Of a stretch of 64,000 nt of DNA, positions 1 to 10,305 are shown piece after piece. The notes below the pieces were generated by a model. That model saw only the letters and a list, made by a program, of their open reading frames with translations. It made no database searches and was not told where the DNA came from. Made by a program: the position numbers and the translations under genes. The stretch is from contig JBFWVL010000001.1 of NCBI GenBank assembly GCA_050246755.1, forward strand, positions 128,001 through 192,000. Reading direction: 5' to 3'. The stretch comes from Bacteriovoracia bacterium. GTDB lineage: Bacteria > Bdellovibrionota > UBA1018 > CAIPTA01. Within the stretch, counting starts at the first letter, position 1. Every line of letters begins with the position of its first letter.

Positions 1-634
1 GAGCGAGGATGGAGCGTAACCTCCAGTTCGTATGGTGGCGCAGCGACATCACCGCGTCGTTGCCAAGGTGGATGCGCGTATTTCCCGCGAAAAAAAGATC
101 GCCCTCCTGCCGCAGGAGACCCGCCTGCAGCAGGAAATCGATCGCTTCGTTGAATAGCTTCTGCGAAAGCCCGAGACGACGGCGCATACGGTCTTTGGTG
201 CGGAATTCTGGGATCGTGGCCAGCACGTGCACGGCCGCGAAATGCCAGGAACTGAAATATTTCGTCTGCAAAGATTCCGAGAGAGGCTGTGCAACCCCTA
301 GCCGTTCTTTCAGCATGAGGCGTTTGCGGCGCAGCTCCTGAATTTTTTCGTCGAAATAAGAGCGGAGGCGACCGCTGCCCGCCCTTTCGAATTGCACAAG
401 GAGGAAGAAAAAATCCCTCTCCTCTTTTCCCTGCTCGAGTAGCGCAGCCAGGGCATCGGCTTGCTCCAAACTGAAATGGGCTACCCCCTTCAGGACCTGC
501 GATACGTAGGCCGTTTGACAGCCCATGGCTTTCGCCATCAAAGAGCGTTGCCCTCTTCCAGCCTGAGGAAGGGATTCCAGCCAGTCACTGAGGTAGGCTT
601 TATAGCTGTCATATTCGAAGATGGCTTTTTTCAT
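1..634 (-). CDS. TIGR02147/DUF4423-like HTH protein (partial, runs off the window start)
   Basis: Manual translation from ATG at 634: MKKAIFEYDSYKAYLSDWLESLPQAGRGQRSLMAKAMGCQTAYVSQVLKGVAHFSLEQA...YFSSWHFAAVHVLATIP...RIHLGND...HHTNWRLRSI. No stop before position 1. Missing from the ORF track. Confidence 0.8.
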   Translation of the reverse strand, partial: MKKAIFEYDSYKAYLSDWLESLPQAGRGQRSLMAKAMGCQTAYVSQVLKGVAHFSLEQADALAALLEQGKEERDFFFLLVQFERAGSGRLRSYFDEKIQELRRKRLMLKERLGVAQPLSESLQTKYFSSWHFAAVHVLATIPEFRTKDRMRRRLGLSQKLFNEAIDFLLQAGLLRQEGDLFFAGNTRIHLGNDAVMSLRHHTNWRLRSILA

Positions 635-770
635 GAATATTCTTCTTAGCTTACGGCTTAATTAAGTAAAACTTTATAAATAAGGTGAAATTTAATTAGA
701 ATCAACTATCAACCGAGTGTATTACTAGGTTATTCTCGTTTTCGTCAAAGTGACGAACGAAGGAGACCCT

Positions 771-1850
771 ATGGAAACCCGAATGAAGAATCTAAAAACT
801 GCCTGCCTAACCCTCCTAGCCCTCTCCCTAGCCTCCACTGCGCATGCGGTGAAAGAAGGCGGAGATATCAGCGGCGGCGGTAGCGAAGTGGGAGGTATGA
901 GTTACGAAAATTTCCTGCTCAAAAATAAATTCGATCCCAAGGCCCAAAGCCTCGGCGGCGAGCAAGAGCTGACGAAAATAAAATCCTTGCTCCCGTCCCT
1001 CGGCGAACGCATGGAAGGAATCTATAAAAAAAGATGGATCCTCGTGGGCGGCGACGATATCGCCCAGCTCTCGAACGTAGCTACCGGCATCCCGCTCAAT
1101 AAAAAAGAAGTGATGCTGCAAAATGAGCGCTTCGTGTACGTGAACCGCGACTGGCTGAAGAACGCCACCGCCGAAGAAAAGTCCGTTATGCTCACCCACG
1201 AGTATTGGCAGTATATCCGCGTATCGAACAATAACGCCCTAGCCAATTCCAAAGATAAATCCGCGCTCGGCGTGGAAGGAGGAATGGTAGCTCCCGGCGC
1301 CGTGCCCGAAATTAATTTCGAAATGCTCGATAATACCGAGATCACCGCTAAAGAACTCCAGGCCCTGGCAAAGAAATTTAATTTCGGCACCTACGGCACC
1401 AAAGAAGAAACGGAGAAAGCCACCGCCGAAATCGAGAAAACGAAAAAAAAGGTGCTCGCGGCCTGCGCAAAAGCCACTGCCAACGATTTAATGGATTTGC
1501 TGGAAGACGCGAAGGCACCCTTGAAACAACTCATAGAGCGCACCAGCGCAAGTTCCGGGCTCGGAGCAGAGCTGCGCCGCCAGCAGAAGAAATCCCTGCC
1601 CAAAGAGCTGGAAGATTTCGGCGACCACGAAGTGCGTGACGACAACGCCAGATGGGGAACTCCCGGAGGAAGCTCACTGGGGGCCATGAGCATGAGGCTC
1701 GAAAAATACCTCGATAATTCCGAGGCCGCCTGCAAAGCGCTCGGCGTGCGCAAGGCCGAGAAGCCAAAGATCGCCAAGCCCAAGACCAAAAAAGCCGCCG
1801 CTCCCTCCGGATCTTCCGACGAAGAATTTGGCAGCGGCTCAGCTCAATGA
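771..1850 (+). CDS. Secreted hypothetical protein (signal peptide, GGDISGGG motif, HEYWQ)
   Basis: AGGAGA RBS before ATG 771; hydrophobic signal ending AHA; Gly-rich motif directly after the cleavage site; Lys/Ala-rich tail. Confidence 0.75.
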   Translation: METRMKNLKTACLTLLALSLASTAHAVKEGGDISGGGSEVGGMSYENFLLKNKFDPKAQSLGGEQELTKIKSLLPSLGERMEGIYKKRWILVGGDDIAQLSNVATGIPLNKKEVMLQNERFVYVNRDWLKNATAEEKSVMLTHEYWQYIRVSNNNALANSKDKSALGVEGGMVAPGAVPEINFEMLDNTEITAKELQALAKKFNFGTYGTKEETEKATAEIEKTKKKVLAACAKATANDLMDLLEDAKAPLKQLIERTSASSGLGAELRRQQKKSLPKELEDFGDHEVRDDNARWGTPGGSSLGAMSMRLEKYLDNSEAACKALGVRKAEKPKIAKPKTKKAAAPSGSSDEEFGSGSAQ

Positions 1851-1938
1851 TCTAAACAAGCATTCGCTATCCACGACTAAACCCTAACCGACCGGCGCGG
1901 ACTCGCTCGCGCTCGCAAAAAAACACTAGGAGACCTAT

Positions 1939-2565
1939 ATGAAAATCGCCCTTATCGCTCTCGCCCTTGCCGCCTACCCCACCGCCTTCGCCAATTCCGT
2001 GGACGACGCCTTTAACTCCGCGGTGAAAAAACAATCGTCGCAGAAAGAGCAGAAAAAAAACCAAGAAGAAGCCAGTAAGAAATCCCTGCGCCAGAACCAG
2101 CTCATCAAGGCGGCCACTATGATCACCGCGAAAATGGGAACTTCGGTGGCCGAGCTCGGCTCCGTAAGCGTCCGCAATGATCCCTCGAATCCCAGTACCG
2201 AAACCGTGAAACTGAAAACAAAAAGTGGCCTGGTTTGCCAAGTGGAGTTCGATATGTTCCGCGAAGACAACTATCTCGCGAGAAATATCGAGCGGCAGCT
2301 TCCCACCCTAGAGGCTCTCTGCGGAAGGAAAGCTCCCAATGAACTGGCGGAGGTTCAGGCCAATAGCAGCACCGCTTCGAGGTTCTTCAGCTCGAACGGC
2401 GAAAGCGATTTGAACGATGCCTACGCCTCGCTCCGCTACTCCTGCAACTTAAACCAATGGGAAGCACGCGGCGACTGCTACGATTCCCGCGGGAACCAAA
2501 GCTATATGGGCGTGAATGAAGTGATGGCGAACGAGCTCGGAGTTCGGATCTACGATTCCAACTAA
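1939..2565 (+). CDS. Secreted hypothetical protein
   Basis: AGGAGA RBS; MKIALIALALAAYPTAFA signal peptide; 4 Cys. Confidence 0.75.
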   Translation: MKIALIALALAAYPTAFANSVDDAFNSAVKKQSSQKEQKKNQEEASKKSLRQNQLIKAATMITAKMGTSVAELGSVSVRNDPSNPSTETVKLKTKSGLVCQVEFDMFREDNYLARNIERQLPTLEALCGRKAPNELAEVQANSSTASRFFSSNGESDLNDAYASLRYSCNLNQWEARGDCYDSRGNQSYMGVNEVMANELGVRIYDSN

Positions 2566-2579
2566 GAGAAAAAACGCGC

Positions 2580-2957
2580 TCAGCCCAAGATCACGCTAGC
2601 CATCGCCATATCGCCTTCGTGGGAAAGCGAGAGAAAGATCTTGGTGGCGTCGAAATCGTGGAAGATCTCGGCGGCGCGGCCACTTAACTTAATAATGGGC
2701 GCCCCGCCCTCTTCATGCGCCACTTCGATTTCGGCGAAATCGCCGCTGGGGCCTAGGCCGAGCTTCAGCGCCTTGCCGTAGGCTTCCTTGGCCGCGAAAC
2801 GGGCGGCGAAATAGGGATAAGGGTCTTTTTTCGAGCGGCAATAAGCGATCTCGGCCGCAGAGAAAACGCGGGTCTCGAAGTGGCTGCCCTCTTTTTCCAG
2901 AATTTTACGAATGCGATCAATCGAAACCAGATCGATGCCGTGGCCCTTGATGCTCAT
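2580..2957 (-). CDS. acpS: Holo-[acyl-carrier-protein] synthase
   Basis: GHGIDLV, FAARFAAKEAYGKAL and LSLSHE motifs. Confidence 0.95.
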   Translation of the reverse strand: MSIKGHGIDLVSIDRIRKILEKEGSHFETRVFSAAEIAYCRSKKDPYPYFAARFAAKEAYGKALKLGLGPSGDFAEIEVAHEEGGAPIIKLSGRAAEIFHDFDATKIFLSLSHEGDMAMASVILG

Positions 2958-4393
2958 TTATGGCGGGTTCCCGGAACGTCGGGGGCGCCCACGGCTTTGG
3001 CGAAAGCGGCGGCGATTTTTTTCGCGTGGGCCCGGATCATCTTTAGGTCTTCGCCCTCGATCATCACGCGCACGAGTGGCTCGGTACCCGAATAGCGCAC
3101 GAACACGCGGCCCCGCCCCGCAAGCTCTTTCTCGGCGGCGGCGATGAGCTTCTTCACTTCGGGAATGGATTCAGCCGGTTTTTTTTCCGTCACGCGCACG
3201 TCTTCCCGCACCTGCGGCATGAGCGGGATTTCTTTCTTCAGCTCCGAGAGGGATTTTCCGGTGCGGATCATGATCTCGAGAACTTTCAGGGCCGCGAGCA
3301 GGCCGTCACCGGTGGAACCGTGCTGACTGAAAATCAAATGCCCGCTTTGTTCGCCGCCGAACGTATGGCCACCTTTTTTCATTTCTTCCAAAACGTAACG
3401 GTCGCCCACGTTGGCGCGGAGTAATTTGATGCCGAGAGATTTCAAATAAAGCTCGAGGCCCATGTTCGACATGGGCGTGGCCACCACCGTATTGTTCGCG
3501 AGCTTGCCCTGGGCCTGGAGCTCGAGGGCGCAGATGCCCATGATCTGGTCGCCGTTCACGATGGCGCCGGTTTCGTCGGAAAGAATCAGGCGGTCGGCGT
3601 CGCCGTCGAGGGAGATCCCGATCTTCGCGCCGAATTCCACCACGGCGCCGGCCGCCACTTCGGGATAGAGCGCGCCGGCCCCCTGATTGATATTGGTGCC
3701 GTTGGGCTCGCAGCCCCGGGTGATCACGCGGGCGCCTAATTCCTGGAAAAGCATCGGCGCCACTTTATAGGCAGCGCCGTGCGCGCAGTCCACCACCACG
3801 GGAATATCCTGGAGGTGAAAATCTTTGGGCAGGGAATTTTTTAGCGCCACGATGTAGCGGCCGCCGGCGTCCTCGATGCGGCGGGTGCGCCCGATTTTCT
3901 CGTTGAGCGGGCGGAACGCGGAGCCTTCGTCGGTGATCGTGCCTTTGCCTTCGATGGCCTCCCACACGAGCTTCTCGATCTCGTGCTCGATATCGTCGGG
4001 GAGCTTGAAGCCGAGGTGGTCGAAGATCTTGATCCCGTTATCGTGGTAGGGATTATGCGAAGCGCTCACCACGATGCCCGCGTCTGCGCGCATATTCTGC
4101 ACCAGAAAGGCGATGGCGGGCGTGGGCAGAGGGCCGGTAAGGAGCACGTCGGCGCCCATGGAACAGATCCCGCTCGCGAGGGCCTGCTCGATCATGTAGC
4201 AGGAAAGGCGCGTGTCTTTGCCGATCAGGATGCGGGGCTTGGGGTAATGCGAGCGTTTGGTGCCGCCAGCGCGGGCGAGCAGAACGCGGGCGGTGGCGGC
4301 CCCCACCTGGAGGGCCACTTCGGCGTTCATGGGGAAGCGATTCGCCAGTCCCCTAATGCCATCGGTGCCGAAGAGTCTTTGTCTTTTCACCAC
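2954..4393 (-). CDS. glmM: Phosphoglucosamine mutase
   Basis: LFGTDGIRG, SASHNP, DGDADR, GGEQSGH and RYSGTEP motifs. Confidence 0.97.
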   Translation of the reverse strand: MVKRQRLFGTDGIRGLANRFPMNAEVALQVGAATARVLLARAGGTKRSHYPKPRILIGKDTRLSCYMIEQALASGICSMGADVLLTGPLPTPAIAFLVQNMRADAGIVVSASHNPYHDNGIKIFDHLGFKLPDDIEHEIEKLVWEAIEGKGTITDEGSAFRPLNEKIGRTRRIEDAGGRYIVALKNSLPKDFHLQDIPVVVDCAHGAAYKVAPMLFQELGARVITRGCEPNGTNINQGAGALYPEVAAGAVVEFGAKIGISLDGDADRLILSDETGAIVNGDQIMGICALELQAQGKLANNTVVATPMSNMGLELYLKSLGIKLLRANVGDRYVLEEMKKGGHTFGGEQSGHLIFSQHGSTGDGLLAALKVLEIMIRTGKSLSELKKEIPLMPQVREDVRVTEKKPAESIPEVKKLIAAAEKELAGRGRVFVRYSGTEPLVRVMIEGEDLKMIRAHAKKIAAAFAKAVGAPDVPGTRHK

Positions 4394-4405
4394 GAACGAA
4401 ATCTC

Positions 4406-5302
4406 CTAATCGATGCGAACCTGAATGCGGTCCGGCACCACACGCACCAGCTTCACGCCGGCCGGTAATTCAGCCTTCACTTCGCGCACGTAAATTCCGG
4501 CCTTGGTCTCGGGAACTTCCACATACGCCTGCACCCGTTCCGGGGTCAAGGAGCGGATTAAATTTGGCGGGCAGTTCACGAAGAGCGCTACTTTTTCGGG
4601 CTTGGCGCTGAATGCGCGCGAGGCCTTAACCTTCACGGGCACGCCGGCCACGCGAAAGTTAGATCCCGTGGGCTCCACTTCCACCATCACGCGGGGATCA
4701 TTTTCCTCTTCGAAGCGCACGGCGGGGTGCACGAGCACGAGCGGCACCTCCCATTTCAAGCCGGCGGGAACGTCGGCGAGATCCACGGGTTGGGAGCGCA
4801 CTTCGGAAATCTTCTCGATGATATTGCGCGGGCCCTTCACGCGCACATTCTTAGGCATGGCCTGTAAACGCACCAGGCGGTAGCCATTCGGCACTTCGTT
4901 CTTTTTCACGATCTCCACCGGCACGGTGCGAACGTCCATATGCTCGAGGATGGGATTGATCGTAGACGGACTGATCGAAAGCACGCGCACGCCGATCGGC
5001 AAATGCAGCGAATCTTTTTGGATATTGTAGAAAGCGGGGCCGGTTTTCGCCTTCGTGAGATCCACGCGGATCGTATCGAGGGAATTGGCCAGGGTGCGCA
5101 GGAAAAACTTGGAGCCCGAGAGGCGGAAACTCACGCGGTCGGGCACTTCGTTGGCCACCACCAGGCCGGAGGGCAAGTCCATCTCGAGGTTCACTTCTTT
5201 GGTGATCTCGATGGAATTGGCGCTCATCACCACGAACCAGATGCCGAAGGCCACGAAGATGGAGAGAAATTTCCAGGCGAGATTATGGAATAAAAAGTTC
5301 AT
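4406..5302 (-). CDS. cdaR: CdaR/YbbR-family diadenylate cyclase regulator
   Basis: N-terminal TM (KFLSIFVAFGIWFVV) followed by three YbbR-like repeats; located between cdaA and glmM. Confidence 0.88.
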   Translation of the reverse strand: MNFLFHNLAWKFLSIFVAFGIWFVVMSANSIEITKEVNLEMDLPSGLVVANEVPDRVSFRLSGSKFFLRTLANSLDTIRVDLTKAKTGPAFYNIQKDSLHLPIGVRVLSISPSTINPILEHMDVRTVPVEIVKKNEVPNGYRLVRLQAMPKNVRVKGPRNIIEKISEVRSQPVDLADVPAGLKWEVPLVLVHPAVRFEEENDPRVMVEVEPTGSNFRVAGVPVKVKASRAFSAKPEKVALFVNCPPNLIRSLTPERVQAYVEVPETKAGIYVREVKAELPAGVKLVRVVPDRIQVRID

Positions 5303-5387
5303 GCCTCGCCTCCAGCGTCGGCACCCTGTGGGCTCTCGCTTGCACTCGAGTGCAAAAATCCCCTCCTGGGATTTTTGTCATGCCTCT
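5299..5387. repeat. Palindromic REP-like element flanked by the 9-bp direct repeat TCATGCCTC
   Basis: Perfect palindrome TTGCACTCGAGTGCAA; hairpin CAAAAATCCC-CTCCT-GGGATTTTTG; TCATGCCTC at both ends. Confidence 0.55.
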
Positions 5388-5408
5388 CATTTAAGCTCCG
5401 CAAAAGCA

Positions 5409-6212
5409 TCACTCCACTCCCTTCACGGAACTTCCGCGGCCGAAATCGGTGAGCTCGAGGATCACGGCGAGGCTATTGGCGAGCTCTTCCTCGGAAAGCT
5501 TGGAAGAAATGCGGCCGGCCTTCACGAGGTAGGCGGCTCCGGCTTCTTCGCTCACGAGCACCACCACGGCGTCGGTATCTTCGGTGAGCCCGATGGCGGC
5601 GCGGTGGCGCGTGCCGAAGGCCTTATCTACGTTGGGATTCTTGGTGAGCGGCAGGAAACAGCCCGCGGCGGCGATCTTGCCGTCCTTCACGATCACGGCT
5701 CCGTCGTGAATGGGAGACGAAGGGATGAAAATCGAATAGAGCAGCTCGGAACGCACGGACGCGTCCAATTTTGCGCCGGTATCGATGAAATTCTTGAGGC
5801 CGGTTTCGCGCTCGATCACGATCAAGGCGCCCATGCGGTCGCGGGCCATCTGCAGCGCGGCCTTGGCCACCTCTTCCACCACCATGCGATCGAGCTGTTC
5901 CGCCTTCGAGGAGACGAAGGGATTTTTGCCCACGAACGCGAGCGCGCGGCGCAGGTCGTCCTGGAAGAGCACGATGATGATGATGAAAAGGTAGTCGAAG
6001 AAGTGCTGGAGGATCCAGTGCACGGTAAAGAGCTCGAAGTAGCTCGAGAGGAAATAGAAAACCCCGAGGAACAGGAGCCCCGTGATCATCTGGATCGCGT
6101 GCGTGCCCCTCAGGATCATGAATACCCGATAGACCACGAACGCGACCAGGATGATGTCCACCAGGTCGTGCATGCGGAATCCGTTCAGGATATTCGCGAG
6201 CAGTACGTTCAT
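5409..6212 (-). CDS. cdaA: Membrane diadenylate cyclase
   Basis: Three N-terminal TMs, FQDDLRRAL, and the catalytic HDGA and GTRHRAA motifs. Confidence 0.95.
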   Translation of the reverse strand: MNVLLANILNGFRMHDLVDIILVAFVVYRVFMILRGTHAIQMITGLLFLGVFYFLSSYFELFTVHWILQHFFDYLFIIIIVLFQDDLRRALAFVGKNPFVSSKAEQLDRMVVEEVAKAALQMARDRMGALIVIERETGLKNFIDTGAKLDASVRSELLYSIFIPSSPIHDGAVIVKDGKIAAAGCFLPLTKNPNVDKAFGTRHRAAIGLTEDTDAVVVLVSEEAGAAYLVKAGRISSKLSEEELANSLAVILELTDFGRGSSVKGVE

Positions 6213-8161
6213 ACCGGCGCGGGAGTAGAGGAAGAACCGGGAATCACTCCGCCCACGGCGCCTTCATTGGTGGCGGGCGCAGAGCCGGAACCGCCGGAGC
6301 TGCTTTCTTTTTTGGCCGCCTTGGAGGGCAGCTTCACGCGCTTCATCAAGAGATCGATCTCGTCCTTATCGAGGGTTTCGTGATCGAGCAATGCCGCCGC
6401 CATCGTGTGAAGAATATCGATATTGGAGCTGAGGAGCTCGCGGGCACGGCGGTAATTCCGCTCCACGATCTCACGCACTTCGTTATCGATCATCTGCGCG
6501 GTGGCTTCCGAGAACTCGCGCACGTGGCCCATTTCGCGGCCGAGGAATACCTGTTCTTCCTTTTTGCCGAAGGTAACGGGTCCAAGGCGATCGCTCATCC
6601 CCCACTCGCAAATCATTTTGCGGGCGAGATCGGTGGCACGCTCGATATCGTTTCCGGCGCCGGTGGTCTTATGGCCGAACACGATCTCTTCGGCGATCCT
6701 TCCGCCCATGAGGAAGCCGATCATGTTCTCGGCTCGCTCCTTGGTATAGGAGAGACGGTCCTCGGTAGGCATGGTTTGCGTGAGGCCGAGCGCGAAGCCC
6801 CGGGGAATGATCGTCACCTTATGGATGGGGTCGTTGCCGGGCATCAAGTGGCCCACGATGGTATGGCCCGACTCGTGGTAGGCCGTATTCTTTTTCTCGT
6901 CGTCGCTGATCACGAGGCTCTTACGCTCGGATCCCATCAGCACTTTATCTTTGGCCATTTCAAAATCGACCATCTCGAGGAATTTCTTGCCCGTGCGGGC
7001 CGCGAAGAGCGCCGCTTCGTTCACGAGATTTTCGAGATCCGCGCCCGACATTCCGGGAGTCTGGCGGGCGATGAAATTGAGGTTCACGCCGGGGCCAAGC
7101 GGGGTTTTGCGCGCGTGCACAGTGAGGATCTGCTCGCGTCCGCGCACGTCGGGCTTGCCAACTACCACGCGGCGGTCGAAGCGTCCCGGACGCAGGAGCG
7201 CGGGATCTAGCACATCAGGACGGTTCGTGGCGGCCACGAGGATCACGCCTTCGTTGCCTTCGAATCCATCCATCTCCACGAGGAGCTGGTTCAGGGTTTG
7301 CTCCCGTTCATCGTGGCCTCCGCCCAGGCCCGCGCCACGCTGGCGGCCTACGGCGTCGATCTCGTCGATGAAGATAATGCAGGGAGCTTGCTTCTTGCCT
7401 TGCTCGAAAAGATCGCGAACCCTAGAGGCGCCCACGCCCACGAACATTTCCACGAAATCGGATCCCGAGATCGAGAAGAAAGGCACGCCTGCTTCGCCCG
7501 CGATGGCTTTGGCGAGCAAGGTCTTCCCGGTGCCGGGAGGGCCCATCAAGAGAACGCCCTTAGGGATGCGTCCGCCGAGACGGGTAAATTTTTTCGGGTC
7601 CTTCAGGAAGGCAATGATCTCTTGCAGCTCCTCCTTGGCTTCGTCTACGCCCGCCACGTCCTTGAACGTAACGCGGTTATTGCTCTCGTTCATGAGACGC
7701 GCCTTGGATTTGCCAAAGCTCATCGCCTTGCCGCCGCCGATTTGGATCTGGCGCATGAACACGAAGAAAATCCCTACGAGGAAAAGGATCGGCAGCCAGG
7801 AGAGCAGCGCTTGCTGCCAGAAAGGGGCTTTCTCCACCTGTTTCACGTTGAACTTCACCTTGTTCTGCTCGAGCATGCCGATGAGGCTATCGTCTTTGGC
7901 GTAGGAGAGAGACTTGAAGGCCGTCTTGCCCTGCACGGCCGTTTTGAATTTTCCCAAAATCACGTCGTCGGAGCGAAGGGTAACTTCTTCCACGTTCCCG
8001 GAGCGCACGTTGGCTTTGAATTCGGAATAGTCCACGTCCACGGCGGGATCTTTTAATCCCTGCTCCAGCGCCTTGAATACGAACAAAGAACCAACGAGGA
8101 TGATGGTCCAAAGCGCCATGGATTTGCTGAACTGTCGCATATTGAAGTTTTTCTTTTTCAT
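6209..8161 (-). CDS. ftsH: ATP-dependent zinc metalloprotease FtsH
   Basis: Two TMs, [21 protein letters not shown] and the HESGH zinc motif. Confidence 0.98.
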   Translation of the reverse strand: MKKKNFNMRQFSKSMALWTIILVGSLFVFKALEQGLKDPAVDVDYSEFKANVRSGNVEEVTLRSDDVILGKFKTAVQGKTAFKSLSYAKDDSLIGMLEQNKVKFNVKQVEKAPFWQQALLSWLPILFLVGIFFVFMRQIQIGGGKAMSFGKSKARLMNESNNRVTFKDVAGVDEAKEELQEIIAFLKDPKKFTRLGGRIPKGVLLMGPPGTGKTLLAKAIAGEAGVPFFSISGSDFVEMFVGVGASRVRDLFEQGKKQAPCIIFIDEIDAVGRQRGAGLGGGHDEREQTLNQLLVEMDGFEGNEGVILVAATNRPDVLDPALLRPGRFDRRVVVGKPDVRGREQILTVHARKTPLGPGVNLNFIARQTPGMSGADLENLVNEAALFAARTGKKFLEMVDFEMAKDKVLMGSERKSLVISDDEKKNTAYHESGHTIVGHLMPGNDPIHKVTIIPRGFALGLTQTMPTEDRLSYTKERAENMIGFLMGGRIAEEIVFGHKTTGAGNDIERATDLARKMICEWGMSDRLGPVTFGKKEEQVFLGREMGHVREFSEATAQMIDNEVREIVERNYRRARELLSSNIDILHTMAAALLDHETLDKDEIDLLMKRVKLPSKAAKKESSSGGSGSAPATNEGAVGGVIPGSSSTPAPV

Positions 8162-8315
8162 TTCTGTCCTTTAAACCCTGGGTGGCGCAACGTTTTTGCG
8201 CTCCGAAGATCATCGTAAAAGTATCGCCCATCTGAGGCCCGGTGGCAAAAAAAAGGAGCATTCCGAAGGGAGTGCGTCATGGCGTTTCTAAGAAAAAATG
8301 GTTACTGTTAGGGCA

Positions 8316-9533
8316 ATGTCAACATCGGGCGTCACCAATAAGCTCAGCTTTCCGCTATACTTGGATTGTCATTCAACTACTCCGCTCGATCCGAAAGCGC
8401 TCGAAGCGATGATGCCGTATTTAACCACCGATTTCGGCAACGCGAGCTCGAAAAGCCACTGCTTTGGCTGGAAAGCCGAATGCGCGGTGGAAAAATCCCG
8501 GGACCGGGTGGCAAAAGTGCTCGCCGCCTCGAGCCGCGAGATCGTTTTTACCAGCAGCGCCACCGAGAGCAATAATTTCGTGCTTACCGGCGTGGTGGAA
8601 AAATACGGCCATCTGGGCAAACACATCATTACCACCGAGATCGAGCATAAGTGCATCCTCTCCACGGCGAAATACCTCGAAGGCAAAGGCGTGGAAGTTA
8701 CTTACCTGCCCGTGGACAATACGGGGAAAATCCGTCTCGCCGATCTCGAAAAGGCCATTCGCCCCAGCACGATTCTAATTTCCGTGATGATGGCCAATAA
8801 CGAGACCGGCACGATTCAGCCCGTGGCGGAAATCGGTGCGCTCGCCCGTGCGCACAACGTGCTTTTTCACACCGACGCGGCCCAGGCCGTAGGAAAAATT
8901 CCGATTGACGTGAACAAAATGAACATCGATTTGCTCTCGCTTTCGGCCCATAAATTCTACGGCCCCAAAGGGGTGGGCGCGGTGTATATCCGCCGCAAAA
9001 ATCCCCGCGTGGAGATCGAGCCCTTGCTGCACGGGGGTGGGCAAGAAAATGGTTTCCGCTCGGGAACGCTGAACGTGCCCGGGATCGTGGGCATGGGCAT
9101 GGCCGCCGAAATCGCCGGCGCTCACCTCGACCAAGAAGTGGCCCGCCTTTCTTACCTCCGCGACAAACTGCACAATGGCCTGAAGGAGCAACTGGGAGAG
9201 GTTTTTCTCAACGGCCACCCCAGCGATCGCCTCCCCGGTTCGCTGAATATTTCTTTCCCCTTTATCGAGAGCGACTCGCTCGTGGCGAATCTAAAAACCA
9301 TAGCCATTTCCAGCACTTCGGCCTGCATGAGCGCGGCCGCGATCCCCTCCTACGTGCTGGCCGCCATGGGGGTTCCCGCCGAGCAAATCCATAGCTCGGT
9401 GCGCTTTGGGCTCGGCCGATTTACCACTGAGGAGGAAATCGTGTATACTATAGACACGGTGTCCCAGTGCGTGAAGCAGCTGCAAAAAGCTTCTCCGCTC
9501 TACCAACTGAGCGAAAAAGGGGCCCAAGGATAG
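8316..9533 (+). CDS. iscS: Cysteine desulfurase (IscS/NifS type)
   Basis: YLDCHSTTP, HTDAAQ, SAHKFYGPKG, RSGTLN and SSTSAC motifs; start could be 8298. Confidence 0.9.
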   Translation: MSTSGVTNKLSFPLYLDCHSTTPLDPKALEAMMPYLTTDFGNASSKSHCFGWKAECAVEKSRDRVAKVLAASSREIVFTSSATESNNFVLTGVVEKYGHLGKHIITTEIEHKCILSTAKYLEGKGVEVTYLPVDNTGKIRLADLEKAIRPSTILISVMMANNETGTIQPVAEIGALARAHNVLFHTDAAQAVGKIPIDVNKMNIDLLSLSAHKFYGPKGVGAVYIRRKNPRVEIEPLLHGGGQENGFRSGTLNVPGIVGMGMAAEIAGAHLDQEVARLSYLRDKLHNGLKEQLGEVFLNGHPSDRLPGSLNISFPFIESDSLVANLKTIAISSTSACMSAAAIPSYVLAAMGVPAEQIHSSVRFGLGRFTTEEEIVYTIDTVSQCVKQLQKASPLYQLSEKGAQG

Positions 9534-9536
9534 ATT

Positions 9537-9860
9537 ATGGTGAACCTTACTCCCGGCGCGGTTTCGAAAATCAAAGAAGTGCAGATCGCGGAACAGAAGC
9601 CCGGCTTCGTGCTGCGCGTGAGCGTGGCCGGCGGCGGCTGCAGCGGGCTCAGCTATAAATTGGATTTCGTGGACGCCCCCACCGAGAAGGACCGCGTGTT
9701 CGAAAAAGACGGCGTGAAAGTGGCCGTGGACCCCAAGAGCTACCTTTTCCTCGAGGGCATGGAGCTCGATTACTCGGGCGGCCTCAATGGTAAAGGATTC
9801 GTGTTTAACAATCCCAACGCCAAGAAGAGCTGCGGCTGCGGGAATTCATTCTCGGCATAG
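9537..9860 (+). CDS. iscA: A-type Fe-S carrier (IscA/ErpA/HesB family)
   Basis: GGGCSGLSY and NPNAKKSCGCGNSF motifs; subtype cannot be resolved by eye. Confidence 0.9.
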   Translation: MVNLTPGAVSKIKEVQIAEQKPGFVLRVSVAGGGCSGLSYKLDFVDAPTEKDRVFEKDGVKVAVDPKSYLFLEGMELDYSGGLNGKGFVFNNPNAKKSCGCGNSFSA

Positions 9861-9895
9861 CCGAGACAAACAATCAGCCGGCATAGCCGAGACAA
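9853..9895 (+). repeat. 17-bp direct repeat CGGCATAGCCGAGACAA x2 spanning the iscA stop codon
   Basis: Copies at 9853-9869 and 9879-9895. Confidence 0.8.
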
Positions 9896-9912
9896 TAAAC
9901 GGCCCACCCAAG

Positions 9913-10305
9913 CTAATCCAAAAACCGCGCCCGTTCGGCGGGCGTGGGCAAGCGGCAGGTTTCCCGCTTACCAAATAAAAAATATCGATAGCGCGCCACC
10001 AGCCCGTAGAGAAAATCGCGGATCGGCCGCGGCACCACCCAAAAAATTCGAAACGCTCCCCACAGCCCACCCAGCTGCTGCAGCACCATCAGCGCGGCGT
10101 CGGATCTCTCGAAATGCTGGCCCTGCGTCCACAAAACCACCGAGCGCAGGCTCAAGCGCGCCTCCGCGGGCAAGGTGCGCTTGCCGGTTTCTCCCTGGAT
10201 GGAGGCGAACTGGAATTTCTGGTCGAGGTCGCGCTTCACCACGAAATCCACGAAGAAATTACAGAGATTGCACACGCCGTCGAAAAAAATAATCTGTTTA
10301 TCCAA
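9913..10305 (-). CDS. DCC1-like thiol-disulfide oxidoreductase (DUF393/YuxK)
   Basis: FFDGVCNLC, RSDAAL, ARYRYFLFGK and C-terminal RFLD motifs. Confidence 0.92.
   Translation of the reverse strand: MDKQIIFFDGVCNLCNFFVDFVVKRDLDQKFQFASIQGETGKRTLPAEARLSLRSVVLWTQGQHFERSDAALMVLQQLGGLWGAFRIFWVVPRPIRDFLYGLVARYRYFLFGKRETCRLPTPAERARFLD

Noticed and set aside
5055-8056. Long plus-strand ORFs (5055..6383, 6951..7904 and others; also 31267..32274 and 44976..45920)
   Set aside because: These are antisense shadows of well-supported genes, as expected in GC-rich DNA.
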